Source of the DNA: Candidatus Methylomirabilia bacterium
GTDB taxonomy: Bacteria; Methylomirabilota; Methylomirabilia; Rokubacteriales; CSP1-6
Direction of reading: 5' to 3'
Length of the DNA stretch: 64,000 nucleotides
NCBI GenBank assembly: GCA_041496385.1
Contig: JBGQEL010000015.1
Location: forward strand, 1-64,000
The notes beneath the pieces were generated by a model. The model had not been told where the DNA came from, ran no database searches, and saw only the letters and a program-made list of their open reading frames with translations. Below are positions 1-9,142 of this stretch, piece after piece (the stretch's first letter is position 1; every line of letters begins with the position of its first letter). Position numbers and translations under genes: made by a program.

Positions 1-124
1 GGTGCGCCGGGCGATCGGGCTGCGTGATGATGGCGGCGACGTCGTGGCGCCCGAGCACCGCCTCGAGCGTGGGCAGCGCGAACGCGGGCGTGCCGTAGAA
101 GAGGACGCGAAATCGGTTTGCCAC
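1..124 (-). CDS. fmt: methionyl-tRNA formyltransferase, 5' part (runs off window)
   Basis: Manual minus-strand translation from GTG at 124: MANRFRVLFYGTPAFALPTLEAVLGRHDVAAIITQPDRPAH, the typical Fmt N-terminus (FxGTPxFA, TQPDRP); def lies upstream. Confidence 0.9.
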   Translation of the reverse strand, partial: MANRFRVLFYGTPAFALPTLEAVLGRHDVAAIITQPDRPAH

Positions 125-402
125 AGCAACCCAATCCTACCTACAACCACCTAAGAACTCACGACCGACAAGAAGGCGCTTCCGATCTGTCCGGGTCAGC
201 CATGGCGGGTCTTCTTCATAGAAAGCGGTTCGGAGAAGTCCGGGCCAGGGATCGAAGCGTGACGAACAGGGGCCACGAGGGAAGACCCTTCCCGGCCCGT
301 TCGTCTTCTATTCGAGTAGTGGCTTGATATTCACCTCTGTTACCCGGCCCGAATCACGATAGGTCGGTTCGCCGAGCCCCGTGGGTACGGTCCATGCAGG
401 AA

Positions 403-1614
403 CTAGCCGTCGCTCATTTGTCGGGGCCTGTCGTAGTTGTACCCAGCCTTAGTCTCAAACGGAAGATTGTTTCTCTTCTCCTTTGGCACGGCGGCCGAGT
501 CACGCTTCGCGTCGTAGCGTCGCGCGTACCCGCCCCGGTGCTTCCGGCCGAACGTGTCCTCATAATCCACGTAGCCGAGCAGCCACACTGTGGCTCCTTG
601 TTCGATGCGCTTGGAGTCTGGCTCCGGCACCGGCCACCTTATCCACTTTTGGAACGATCCTCCGGCCACCAGAAAGGCCGCGATCTCCGGGCGTCCTGCC
701 TCCGGCTCGTAAAGCGGCTCGTCTGGTAACGGGTCGCTGCCAATTTTCAACGTCAGGAAGACATCAGTGACGGTAGCAGGTGTCGCCCCGTGATTCTTGA
801 TCAACACTTCAACCTCTGCGACACGACGGTCCTGACTCAGTTCCAAACCGGGCGGGAAATGGGAGATATCCACGTATGCTCGTTCTGCGACTCGATTTGT
901 ATCGAGCGTCGCTTGATGCGTGGTTTGTTGAAGCCGTCCGACTTCTACGAGCTTAGACGTGAAGACCGCCAAGTAGCCGGTGAAGACTACCGTCAGGATG
1001 CTCAAGATGATCTGAACGACGCCGCTCCAATCCGCAATCGATGCACCCCGTTGCCGGGAGTCCTGTCCCTGCCCGGCGGTCTGGCTGCCGTTCAAGCTCC
1101 GCCCCCGCCTCACGAATCCATCAGCCGCGCCAAGAATGCTGATTAAGGCGCCCTGGCAACTCCTCAACTGAGAATACTCCCAGTACAGCGACCCAAGGCC
1201 AGTCTGGCCGAGCGTCGCAAGAAATATCTGTGATGCACCCGTTTTGGGAAGAACCTTCTCTAACTCGGCGCCCGTCCTTGTCCGCCAACTCTCGATCTCG
1301 TCGCGGTACTGAATGAATCTTTTCTCCGCCTTGGCATCGCCACGCATCCGTTGCTCGATCGCGGACGCATGCTGGATTTCCTTGTCCAGGTACGAGATCA
1401 GATTGCTTGTGTCCTCGTGAATTGCTTTGTCCTCCTGGGCCACCAGCCAGCGGTCTAGTCCTTGAAGGCCTGCCCATACAGTAGCCACTAGTAGTGCGAC
1501 GAGGAACCAACGCCGTGAGTTGTTCTTGATACTCATCCAGGCGAGGAGAAGTGTCACAGCAGGTCCGGTGATGTCTAAGAGCAGCTTTGGTAGCAGCGTC
1601 AAACCACTCGTCAC
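403..1614 (-). CDS. hypothetical membrane protein (accessory, lower GC)
   Basis: 403-aa ORF with two N-terminal hydrophobic helices, an internal TM segment, and a C-terminal ERAYV...KNHGATPA...GYVDYEDTFG beta-rich domain. Confidence 0.7.
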   Translation of the reverse strand: MTSGLTLLPKLLLDITGPAVTLLLAWMSIKNNSRRWFLVALLVATVWAGLQGLDRWLVAQEDKAIHEDTSNLISYLDKEIQHASAIEQRMRGDAKAEKRFIQYRDEIESWRTRTGAELEKVLPKTGASQIFLATLGQTGLGSLYWEYSQLRSCQGALISILGAADGFVRRGRSLNGSQTAGQGQDSRQRGASIADWSGVVQIILSILTVVFTGYLAVFTSKLVEVGRLQQTTHQATLDTNRVAERAYVDISHFPPGLELSQDRRVAEVEVLIKNHGATPATVTDVFLTLKIGSDPLPDEPLYEPEAGRPEIAAFLVAGGSFQKWIRWPVPEPDSKRIEQGATVWLLGYVDYEDTFGRKHRGGYARRYDAKRDSAAVPKEKRNNLPFETKAGYNYDRPRQMSDG

Positions 1615-1672
1615 GACGTGACCTTCTTTCCGTCCCCTTACCGCGCTCCTGCCAACCTCCGTCTTGGAACAG

Positions 1673-2569
1673 CTACGGCCAGATTATTTTTTTGGCTGCC
1701 TCAACCACCACACTGACTAGGATGTCCTTGAAACCCCCTGCGGCTCCAGCGCCCGCCTTGCCCACGAGCCTCTTGAACCGCGTCGCAGCTAGAGCGGTGC
1801 GCGGTGTATCGCGCACCAGATCGTCCAGACTCCTCGCCAACTGCCCCTGTTCGTCAGGGGTGAGCCCTTCTAGTTCCATCGCCAACTCGCGGGCTGCGTC
1901 GAGTTTCCCCTGGGTCCAGGGGAACGGGTCACCACAATGAACGCAGAACGGGGGCGCAGGAAAGGCATCCACAGAAACCACATCACCGTGGAATTCCCCA
2001 CGAATGTCGACCAGGCACCTCTGGCACCTCGTAATTGTGGAGGCCCCACATTGTTCGCAGTGCGCTTGATGACAGTGCGGCCTCGCCTTCATCGCCGCGT
2101 TCGTGACGTGCCCGTTTGTGCAGACTTCGGCTACGTCATACGACGGCTCTCGCGTCTCCTTTGCCAACTCACCGATCGCCGGACGTGCGGCATCGGTGCG
2201 CTCCGAGACGATGTCGATGAGCCCTCCGAGCATCGCGATCGTCCGGGGGATTCCCCTTAGAAAATCTTGCTGACACTGCGCTTCGTGATAGCTTGGGTCT
2301 TCGTCAAAACCCATTGACACTATCGAGTCGCCACCCGAAATGCTGTAGTAGTGATGTTCACGATACTCGCGAGAGTTCTCTCCGAAGATTTCGAGGGTAT
2401 TCCCTCTGATCTTGTCCAATGCCACTCCTACTGTCGGGTCGTCGTACCGGACAGTCTCCAGCGCCTTAATGTCGGCGATTCGGCTGTTCAGTAGGTCAAT
2501 CACGCGCGCCGCTTTCTCAGGCGTGAACCGGCGAACCTCTATAGGGGGTCGGGCAGGGCGGGCTGGCAT
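1673..2569 (-). CDS. DUF2321-like Cys-rich protein with N-terminal helical extension
   Basis: C-terminal YDVAEVCTNGH..CEQCG..CQRC..PPFCVHCGDPFPWT followed by a helical tail, recalled as DUF2321; lower GC than flanks. Confidence 0.7.
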   Translation of the reverse strand: MPARPARPPIEVRRFTPEKAARVIDLLNSRIADIKALETVRYDDPTVGVALDKIRGNTLEIFGENSREYREHHYYSISGGDSIVSMGFDEDPSYHEAQCQQDFLRGIPRTIAMLGGLIDIVSERTDAARPAIGELAKETREPSYDVAEVCTNGHVTNAAMKARPHCHQAHCEQCGASTITRCQRCLVDIRGEFHGDVVSVDAFPAPPFCVHCGDPFPWTQGKLDAARELAMELEGLTPDEQGQLARSLDDLVRDTPRTALAATRFKRLVGKAGAGAAGGFKDILVSVVVEAAKKIIWP

Positions 2570-2771
2570 GAACTGATGGTAGCATCACAGGACTTTCTCA
2601 GGCTACCGCCGACCCGCGCTCTACGTGAGTGGTGTGGAGTATGGGACCGAGGCCGGGTAAATCGCAGGTCGGCCGGTCTCTCTCAAACCGTCGAGAGCGA
2701 CAATCTACCCGGTGCCAGGCGTCGACACCACGGGTATGACTGGAAGGTCAGCCATGCGTTCGAAGAGGAGC

Positions 2772-3296
2772 CTATAGCGCGAAGGCGTGGTGGGCGGCGT
2801 CCTCGCGGAGACCTTCCTTCTTGATCTTCCGCTTGATGCGATCGCGCGTCACCGGGTCGAGCCGGTCGATGAACAGGACGCCGTCGAGGTGGTCCATCTC
2901 GTGCTGGAGCACCCGCGCGCGGAGTCCGCGCGCGGCGATCGCGAGGGGCTTGCCGCTCTCGTCGCGCGCCTCCACCTTCACCCACGCGCTCCGGGTCACG
3001 GGGGCGAAGATTCCGGGGATCGAGAGGCAACCCTCCTCGGCGGTGGCCTGGCCGCCCTCCTCGACGATCATGGGGTTGACGAGCGCCTGCACGCCCGTGC
3101 CCTGCTCGTCGCCGACCACGATGAGCCGGAGCGCGATCCCGACCTGGGGCGCGGCCAGGCCGATGCCGACCTCGTCGTACATCGTCTCGGTCATGTCGGC
3201 GATCGCACGCCGAATCTCGGGCGTGACCTCCTCGATCGGCAGCGCCTGCCGCCGGAGCACCGGGTCGCCGTATCGTCTGACTTTCAGAACGGCCAT
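2772..3296 (-). CDS. def: peptide deformylase
   Basis: GIGLAAPQVG, EGCLSIPG and QHEMDHLDG motifs; ATG at 3296 inside the long track ORF. Confidence 0.97.
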   Translation of the reverse strand: MAVLKVRRYGDPVLRRQALPIEEVTPEIRRAIADMTETMYDEVGIGLAAPQVGIALRLIVVGDEQGTGVQALVNPMIVEEGGQATAEEGCLSIPGIFAPVTRSAWVKVEARDESGKPLAIAARGLRARVLQHEMDHLDGVLFIDRLDPVTRDRIKRKIKKEGLREDAAHHAFAL

Positions 3297-5098
3297 TCGA
3301 TCGGATCCACCTCCACGTCTATGATACCGCGGCGCCCGGCGCCCCCCGACGGGAACTCGGCCAGCACGGCCGCGAGGCGCCGCGGCAGGTCGGCGCGTCC
3401 CTTGACGACGATGCGGCGCGTCCGGTCGCGCCGGTCGGGCGTCGGCGGGTAGACCGTGAGCTCGGAGGCCGCGCCCAGCGCGGCCGCGACGCGCTCGGCG
3501 AGCCGCCGGGTGTCCTCCGGCGTCGCGGCGCGCACGGCGAGGAGGGCGAGCCGGCGGAACGGTGGGTAGCCGAGCTCGGCGCGGAACTTGAGGTCGGGCT
3601 TGTAGAAGGCGGCGAGGTCCTGCCGCGCCACCGCGTCGAACGCGTAGTGGGTCGGATTCTGCGACTGGATGATCACCTGGCCCGCGGCGCCGACGCGCTC
3701 CGCCGCGGCCCAGAGGAAGGCGAAGGCGCGCTCGCCCGCGCGGAAGTCGGGCACGCGGAGGAACTGGTCCGGCGACACGAATCCCGCGAGGCCGAGCGAG
3801 GCGGGGCCGAAGAGCCTCAGCGCGCCTCGCGTGCCGACGACGACGTCGGCGGCCGCCGCCGCCGCGCGCTGCGCCTCGCCACGCGCGCCCCGGGCGGCCT
3901 CCGGATCGTAGCGCGCGATGCGCGCGTCGGCGAAGCGGCGGCGTACCGCGTGCTCGACGCGCTCGGCGCCCCAGCCGAAGGGCGAGAGCCGCCGGCCCCG
4001 GCAGGTCGGGCAGGTGTCCGGCAGCGGCCGCGTGCGCCCGCAGACCCGGCAGGCGAGCGTCGCCGCGGCGCGCGCGTACACGAGCGCCAGGAGGCACGCC
4101 TCGCAGCGCATGACGGTCCCGCACTCGTCGCAGGCGAGCGAGGAGCTCAGACGGCTGACGGCGAGGAAGACCCGCCGCTTCGCGGCGAGCGCCTCGCGGA
4201 TCGCGCGCGCGAGGGCGGGCGTGATGGGCTCGCGGCGCAGGATGCCGCGCGTGTCCGCCAGGCTGACGGCGGGCCACGGACCGGGCGCTGAGGGCGCCAG
4301 CGCGATCCGCCCGCTGTCTGCACGCCACCAGGTCTCGACGCTCGGCGTCGCCGACGTGAGCAGGAGCGCCGCGCCCTCGCGCGCCGCGCGCTCGAGGACG
4401 ACCTCGCGCGAGTGGATCCTCGGGTGACCGGGTGGCTTGTGCGCGGCCTCGTGCTCGTCCAGCAGGACGAGCACCGCGGGGGGCACGAGCGGCGCCAGGA
4501 GCGCCGAGCGGGTGCCGACCGCGAAACGAGTCGTGCCCTCGCCGACGCCGCGCCACGCCGCGGCGCGCTCCTCGTCGGCCACGCCGGAGTCGAGCCGGCC
4601 AGCGCGGCCGAGCTTCGTCAGCCGCTGAGCCCAGCGCGCGGAGGTATCGACGTCCGGCGCGATCACCAGCACGGTGCCCGTCGCGCCCTCGATCCGCTCC
4701 AGCACGCGCCGCTCCCGCCCCGTGCCGGCGAAGAGCTCGGGCTTCGTGGCCCCGGCCGGCGCCTCGGGCCGCGGGCGGCGGCCCGTCGGGGCGGGCGGGG
4801 GCGGCAGGAGCGCGGCGCAGGTCGAGCCGACGGACGAGAGGCTCTCCGCGGCGATCCAGCGAACGAGGTCGAGCTGCGCCGGCACCAGGACAGGCGCGGG
4901 ATCGGCGACGCGGAGCAGCGGCTTGAGCGCCGCCTCCGCGCCCTCGCGAACGGCCACGACCATTCCCACGCGCTGCGCACCGCGGAGGGGGGCGACCACG
5001 CGCTGGCCCGGCGCGAGCGTCCAGCCCTCGGGCACGGCGTAGGAGAACGGATGCGCGACCGGGGCGTCGAAGGCGACGTCCGCGATCATGGCCGCCAT
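3284..5098 (-). CDS. priA: primosomal protein N' (short, degenerate helicase motifs)
   Basis: N-terminal FSYAVP/RVVAPL domain, VGTRSAL, SATPS, four CxxC pairs, GYPPF; def/coaBC context. Confidence 0.9.
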   Translation of the reverse strand: MAAMIADVAFDAPVAHPFSYAVPEGWTLAPGQRVVAPLRGAQRVGMVVAVREGAEAALKPLLRVADPAPVLVPAQLDLVRWIAAESLSSVGSTCAALLPPPPAPTGRRPRPEAPAGATKPELFAGTGRERRVLERIEGATGTVLVIAPDVDTSARWAQRLTKLGRAGRLDSGVADEERAAAWRGVGEGTTRFAVGTRSALLAPLVPPAVLVLLDEHEAAHKPPGHPRIHSREVVLERAAREGAALLLTSATPSVETWWRADSGRIALAPSAPGPWPAVSLADTRGILRREPITPALARAIREALAAKRRVFLAVSRLSSSLACDECGTVMRCEACLLALVYARAAATLACRVCGRTRPLPDTCPTCRGRRLSPFGWGAERVEHAVRRRFADARIARYDPEAARGARGEAQRAAAAAADVVVGTRGALRLFGPASLGLAGFVSPDQFLRVPDFRAGERAFAFLWAAAERVGAAGQVIIQSQNPTHYAFDAVARQDLAAFYKPDLKFRAELGYPPFRRLALLAVRAATPEDTRRLAERVAAALGAASELTVYPPTPDRRDRTRRIVVKGRADLPRRLAAVLAEFPSGGAGRRGIIDVEVDPIEWPF

Positions 5099-5788
5099 CT
5101 ACCGCGTCCGGCGCTGGTCGTACTCCCGTCGGGCGAGCTTGAGATCCTCCCAGGCCGTGCGCTTGTACTCCTGACCGGGGTTGCGCAGCAGGAACGCCGG
5201 ATGGAAGGTCGGGATCAGGACCGCGGAGCCGTAGGGATGCACGCGCCCGCGGAGCCGGCCGATCGGCTCCTTGGTGCCGAGGAGGCTTTGCGTCGCGACG
5301 CTCCCGAGCGAGAGGATCACCTTGGGCTGCAGCGCGCCGAGTTGCGCCGCGAGGACCGGCGCGCAGGCGGCGAGCTCGTCGGCCTCCGGGTTCCGGTTCC
5401 CGGGGGGACGGCACTTCACGGCGTTGGAAATATAGACCTCGTCGCGCGAGAAGTTCACGCCAGGTGCCGCGAGCATCTTGGTGAGGAGCTGGCCCGCGCG
5501 GCCGACGAACGGCAGGCCCTGCGCGTCCTCGTCGGCGCCCGGTCCCTCGCCGATCACCACGAACTCCGCGCGGAGGCTCCCGGAGCCGAAGACGATCGTC
5601 GCGCGCCCCTCGCAGAGCTTGCACTTGCGGCAGCCCTGGAGCGCCCGCTCCTGCGCACGGAGCGCCTCGTCGGGTGAGAGCAGGTACGGGCCCGCGAGGC
5701 CGAGCTCGACGGCGCCGAGGTCACGGTGATGGCGAAGGGTGGCGCCGAGCGCGCCGACGGCGTCGGCGAGCGCCGCGCGCGGGTCTAT
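5099..5788 (-). CDS. uracil-DNA glycosylase family 4 (start uncertain)
   Basis: CRKCKLC, IGEGPG, PFVGRAG, VKCRPPGNR and TFHPAFLLR motifs. Confidence 0.9.
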   Translation of the reverse strand: MDPRAALADAVGALGATLRHHRDLGAVELGLAGPYLLSPDEALRAQERALQGCRKCKLCEGRATIVFGSGSLRAEFVVIGEGPGADEDAQGLPFVGRAGQLLTKMLAAPGVNFSRDEVYISNAVKCRPPGNRNPEADELAACAPVLAAQLGALQPKVILSLGSVATQSLLGTKEPIGRLRGRVHPYGSAVLIPTFHPAFLLRNPGQEYKRTAWEDLKLARREYDQRRTR

Positions 5789-7005
5789 CGCGGGACCTTG
5801 TTCGCGGCGGCGCGCGCGCGCAGGGCGAGGATCCGGGACAGGATCGCGTCGGCCACGTCGGCCTTCGGCATGCGCGGGAGCGCCTCCTGGCCGCCCCAGC
5901 GGTCGAGCAGCAAGACCTCGTTGTCCTCGGCGTCGAAGCCGATGCCCTCCCGGCTCACGTCGTTCGCCACGAGGAGGTCGATGCCCTTGCTCTCCAGCTT
6001 CTGGCGCGCGTGGGCGACGACGTCGTTGGTCTCGGCCGCGAAGCCGACGACGAAAGCCCCGGTGCGGCGCGCCGCGACCTCGGCGAGGATGTCGGGGTTG
6101 GGCGTGAGCTCGAGCGTCAGGTCGCGCTTGCCCTTGATCTTGGTGGACGCGGTCTGCCGGGCGCGGTAGTCGGCGACGGCGGCCGCCTTGATCACGATCG
6201 TCGCGGCGCCGAGGTGCTGCAGCACCGCCTCGCGCATCTCCTCGGCCGTCTGGATCGGCACGAAGACGGCGCCCGGCGGGGGGGTGAGCGCGGTCGGTCC
6301 CGAGACGAGCGTGACCGCGGCGCCGCGGCGTAGCGCCGCCGCCGCCAGGCCGTAGCCCATCTTGCCCGACGAGCGGTTGGAGATGTAGCGCACGGGGTCG
6401 ATCGGCTCGCGCGTCGGCCCGGCCGTGACCAGCAGGCGCTCGCCCGACAGATCGCGGGCGGGGACCAGCGCGCGCCGGAGCGCCTCGACGATCGCGTCCG
6501 GCTCGGGGAAACGCCCCTTGCCCGAGAGTCCGGACGCCAGCGCGCCCGCGGCGGGCTCGAGCACCGTCACGCCGCGCGCGCGCAGCGTGGCGACGTTCGC
6601 CGCGACGGCCGGGTGCTCCCACATGCCGCCGTCCATGGCGGGGACCATCAGCACGGGCCCACGCGCCGCGAGGAGCAGCGTCGTGAGGAAGTCGTCGGCG
6701 ACGCCGTGGGCCGCCTTGGCGAGGAGGTTGGCCGTCGCCGGGGCGACGAGGATCGCGTGGGCCCGATCGGCCAGCGCGACGTGCTCGACCGCGTCCGGGC
6801 TCTGCGGGTCGAAGAGATTCGTCAGCACCGGGCGGCCGGTGAGCGTGCGGAACGTGAGCGGGCCCACGAACTCGCGCGCGTGCTCCGAGAGGCACACGGT
6901 CACGGCGGCGCCCAGCCGGGTCAGCTCGCGCAGCAGGTACACGGCCTTGTAGGCGGCGATGGACCCGGTGACGCCGAGGATCAGCTCGCGGCCCGCGAGG
7001 CTCAA
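5785..7005 (-). CDS. coaBC: phosphopantothenoylcysteine decarboxylase/ligase
   Basis: GVTGSIAAYK, APATAN, TAGPTREPIDPVRYISNRSSGKMG, GFAAET. Confidence 0.97.
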   Translation of the reverse strand: MSLAGRELILGVTGSIAAYKAVYLLRELTRLGAAVTVCLSEHAREFVGPLTFRTLTGRPVLTNLFDPQSPDAVEHVALADRAHAILVAPATANLLAKAAHGVADDFLTTLLLAARGPVLMVPAMDGGMWEHPAVAANVATLRARGVTVLEPAAGALASGLSGKGRFPEPDAIVEALRRALVPARDLSGERLLVTAGPTREPIDPVRYISNRSSGKMGYGLAAAALRRGAAVTLVSGPTALTPPPGAVFVPIQTAEEMREAVLQHLGAATIVIKAAAVADYRARQTASTKIKGKRDLTLELTPNPDILAEVAARRTGAFVVGFAAETNDVVAHARQKLESKGIDLLVANDVSREGIGFDAEDNEVLLLDRWGGQEALPRMPKADVADAILSRILALRARAAANKVPR

Positions 7006-7217
7006 GCCTTCGCTCCTTCGCCCTCCTCCTTCACGCGGTACTCGACCTTGGCCGCCGCGATCTCCTCGAGCGCGCCGCTGGTCGGCTTCTTGTGCCGGCT
7101 CTCGACACGCGGCGGCGCGCCGCGGTTGAGCTGCCGCGCGCGCTTCGCCGACAGGACGACGAGCAGGTAGCGGTTCGACACCTTGTTCAGGGCGCCTTCG
7201 AGCGAGGGGAACGTCAT
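7002..7217 (-). CDS. rpoZ: RNA polymerase omega subunit
   Basis: NRYLLVVLSAKRARQL..ALEEI; lies between gmk and coaBC. Confidence 0.95.
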   Translation of the reverse strand: MTFPSLEGALNKVSNRYLLVVLSAKRARQLNRGAPPRVESRHKKPTSGALEEIAAAKVEYRVKEEGEGAKA

Positions 7218-7831
7218 CAGTTGGGTACCTCCACGTCGGGGATTGTGAGACCGAGGCGCCCGATGCGGCAGCGCTCGGCCTGGATGATCGAGGCCAGCTG
7301 CTCGATGGCCTCCTTCACGTCGCGGTTGACGATCAGATAGTCGTAGCGCCGCCAGAGCGCGATCTCCTCGCGGGCCCGGGTCAGGCGCCGTGTGATCTCG
7401 TGCTCGTTGTCCGACCGACGCTCGCGCAGCCGCTGCTCGAGCTCGTGCATCGACGGCGCCACGATGAAGACCAGCACCGCCTCGGGGTAGCGGGCGCGGA
7501 GCTGCGCCGCGCCCTGGGTGTCGATGTCCAGCAGGACATCGCTGCCGCGGGCCAGCGCCTCCTCGAGCGCGCGCGCGCGTGTGCCGTACAGGTTGGCGTG
7601 GACCGTCGCCCACTCGGCGAACTCCCCGCGCGCGAGCATCTCGCGAAACTCCTCCTCGTCGACGAAGCTGAAGTCCACCCCGTCGATCTCGGCCGGGCGC
7701 GGCGCGCGCGTTGTCACCGACACCGAGTAGGCGAGACCCGGCACGCGCAGGCGCGCCTCGCGGCACAGGGTCGTCTTGCCGGCGCCCGAGGGCGCGGAGA
7801 CGACGAACAGCGTGCCCCGCCGCCGGATCAT
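7217..7831 (-). CDS. gmk: guanylate kinase
   Basis: SAPSGAGKTT, TTRAPR, LDIDTQGA. Confidence 0.97.
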   Translation of the reverse strand: MIRRRGTLFVVSAPSGAGKTTLCREARLRVPGLAYSVSVTTRAPRPAEIDGVDFSFVDEEEFREMLARGEFAEWATVHANLYGTRARALEEALARGSDVLLDIDTQGAAQLRARYPEAVLVFIVAPSMHELEQRLRERRSDNEHEITRRLTRAREEIALWRRYDYLIVNRDVKEAIEQLASIIQAERCRIGRLGLTIPDVEVPN

Positions 7832-8121
7832 TCGGCCCCGCCGCGCTCGGCGGCGAGGCGCTGCGCCAGCGTCGCGGGCTCGAGGGAGGACAGGATGATG
7901 TGATCGCTCTCGGTCACGATGACGGCGCGCGTCCGGCGGCCGTTGGTCGCGTCCACGAGCTTCGTGCTCCCCTTGGCGCTCTCGATGAGCCGCTTCACCG
8001 GCAGCGAGTCGAGCGCGACGATGGCCACGATCCGCTCGGCGACGACGACGTTGCCGTGGCCCACGTTGATGAGCCGCGTCGTCGGGCGCCCGTTCCCGCT
8101 GCCCGTGCCGCCGCTATTCAA
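7828..8121 (-). CDS. remA: RemA/DUF370 family protein
   Basis: LINVGHGNVVVAERIVAI..DATNGRRTRAVI; yicC-DUF370-gmk synteny. Confidence 0.88.
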   Translation of the reverse strand: MNSGGTGSGNGRPTTRLINVGHGNVVVAERIVAIVALDSLPVKRLIESAKGSTKLVDATNGRRTRAVIVTESDHIILSSLEPATLAQRLAAERGGAE

Positions 8122-9028
8122 GGTTCTGCACCTGCTCCCGCATCTTCTCGACCGCGCCCTTGGCGGCGAGGGCCGCCTGGCTCACCTCGAGATCGTCGGC
8201 CTTCGAGGCGATCGTGTTGACCTCGCGGTTGAGCTCCTGCATGAGGAAGTCGAGCGCCCGCCCCGCGGGGCCGCCCCGCTCGAGGACGAGGCCGAGCTCG
8301 GCGAGGTGGGCGCGGAGCCGCGTCAGCTCCTCCCGCACGTCGGTCTTCTCCGCCCAGATCGCGACCTCCGTGAGCACGCGCCCCTCCTCTACGAGGGCGG
8401 CGCCGAGCAGCGCGCGGATCCGCTCGCGGAGCCGCTCCTCGTAGCGCGCGGCGGCGGCGGGCACGCGCGCGGCGATCAGCTCCACCTGCGCCTGGAGGTC
8501 GGCGCGGAGGGCGCCCAGCTCCGCGGCGAGCGCGTTCCCCTCGGCGGCGCGACGCGCGACCAGTTCGTCGAGGGCCCGGCCGACCGCGTCGGCCAGGAGC
8601 GGCCACGCCGCTTCCTCGTCCGGCGCCTCCGCCTCCTCGAGCCGCACCACGCCCGGACGCTCGAGGAGCCACGCGAGCGTCACGTCCCCCCCGACGCCGA
8701 GCGCGCCGCCGAGCTCCCGCGCGCGCGCAGCGTACTGCGCCGCGAGGGCGCCGTCCACGCGGACGGTCTGCGTCGAGACGCCGGGCGTCGGAACCAGCTG
8801 GATGGACAGGTCCACGCGACCGCGCTCGAGGCGCGACTGCACCAGTCGCCGGACGTCGGCTTCGAAGGCGGTGAGCGCGCGGGGCAGCCGGACGGCGATG
8901 TCGAGATGACGGTGATTCACGCTTCGCGCCTCGGCGGTCACGACGATCGTGCGGCCGCTGACCTCGCCCCGGCCGAATCCCGTCATGCTTCGAAGCGACG
9001 GAACGGGCGTGGGCGGGGTTTCGATCAT
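8114..9028 (-). CDS. yicC: YicC/YloC family endoribonuclease
   Basis: SMTGFGR, SVNHRHLD, GRALDFLMQELNREVNTIASK, KMREQVQNLE. Confidence 0.95.
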   Translation of the reverse strand: MIETPPTPVPSLRSMTGFGRGEVSGRTIVVTAEARSVNHRHLDIAVRLPRALTAFEADVRRLVQSRLERGRVDLSIQLVPTPGVSTQTVRVDGALAAQYAARARELGGALGVGGDVTLAWLLERPGVVRLEEAEAPDEEAAWPLLADAVGRALDELVARRAAEGNALAAELGALRADLQAQVELIAARVPAAAARYEERLRERIRALLGAALVEEGRVLTEVAIWAEKTDVREELTRLRAHLAELGLVLERGGPAGRALDFLMQELNREVNTIASKADDLEVSQAALAAKGAVEKMREQVQNLE

Positions 9029-9034
9029 CCAGTG

Positions 9035-9063
9035 AGCATAGGCCGAAATGCCTGTAGTGTCAA
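9035..9063 (-). promoter_or_regulatory. sigma70-type promoter for the yicC operon
   Basis: TTGACA-17 nt-TATGCT on the minus strand just upstream of yicC. Confidence 0.6.
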
Positions 9064-9073
9064 TATGTTGCGA

Positions 9074-9103
9074 TTGACAGGCGCCGCGCCCCGAGGGTAC
9101 ACT
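9074..9103 (+). promoter_or_regulatory. sigma70-type promoter for the ABC operon (divergent)
   Basis: TTGACA-18 nt-TACACT, followed by RBS GGGGAGG. Confidence 0.6.
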
Positions 9104-9142
9104 CGCGGGCACTTCGGAAGACCACGGGGAGGAAGTTCCGCG

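Noticed and set aside
107..122. AATCGGTTT at the fmt/island boundary matches part of the att core of the right-hand element
   Set aside because: Only 9 bp are exact, it lies in fmt coding sequence, and there is no partner repeat at the other island end.
197..219. Minus-strand ATGAAGAAGACCCGC (MKKTR) resembles the integrase start GTGAAGAAGACACGC
   Set aside because: The similarity is very short, a stop follows after 7 codons, and there are no arm repeats or further homology.
330..2770. Possible integron cassette array in the def-fmt island
   Set aside because: No attC-like RYYYAAC...GTTRRRY pairs were seen between the genes, and there is no IntI.
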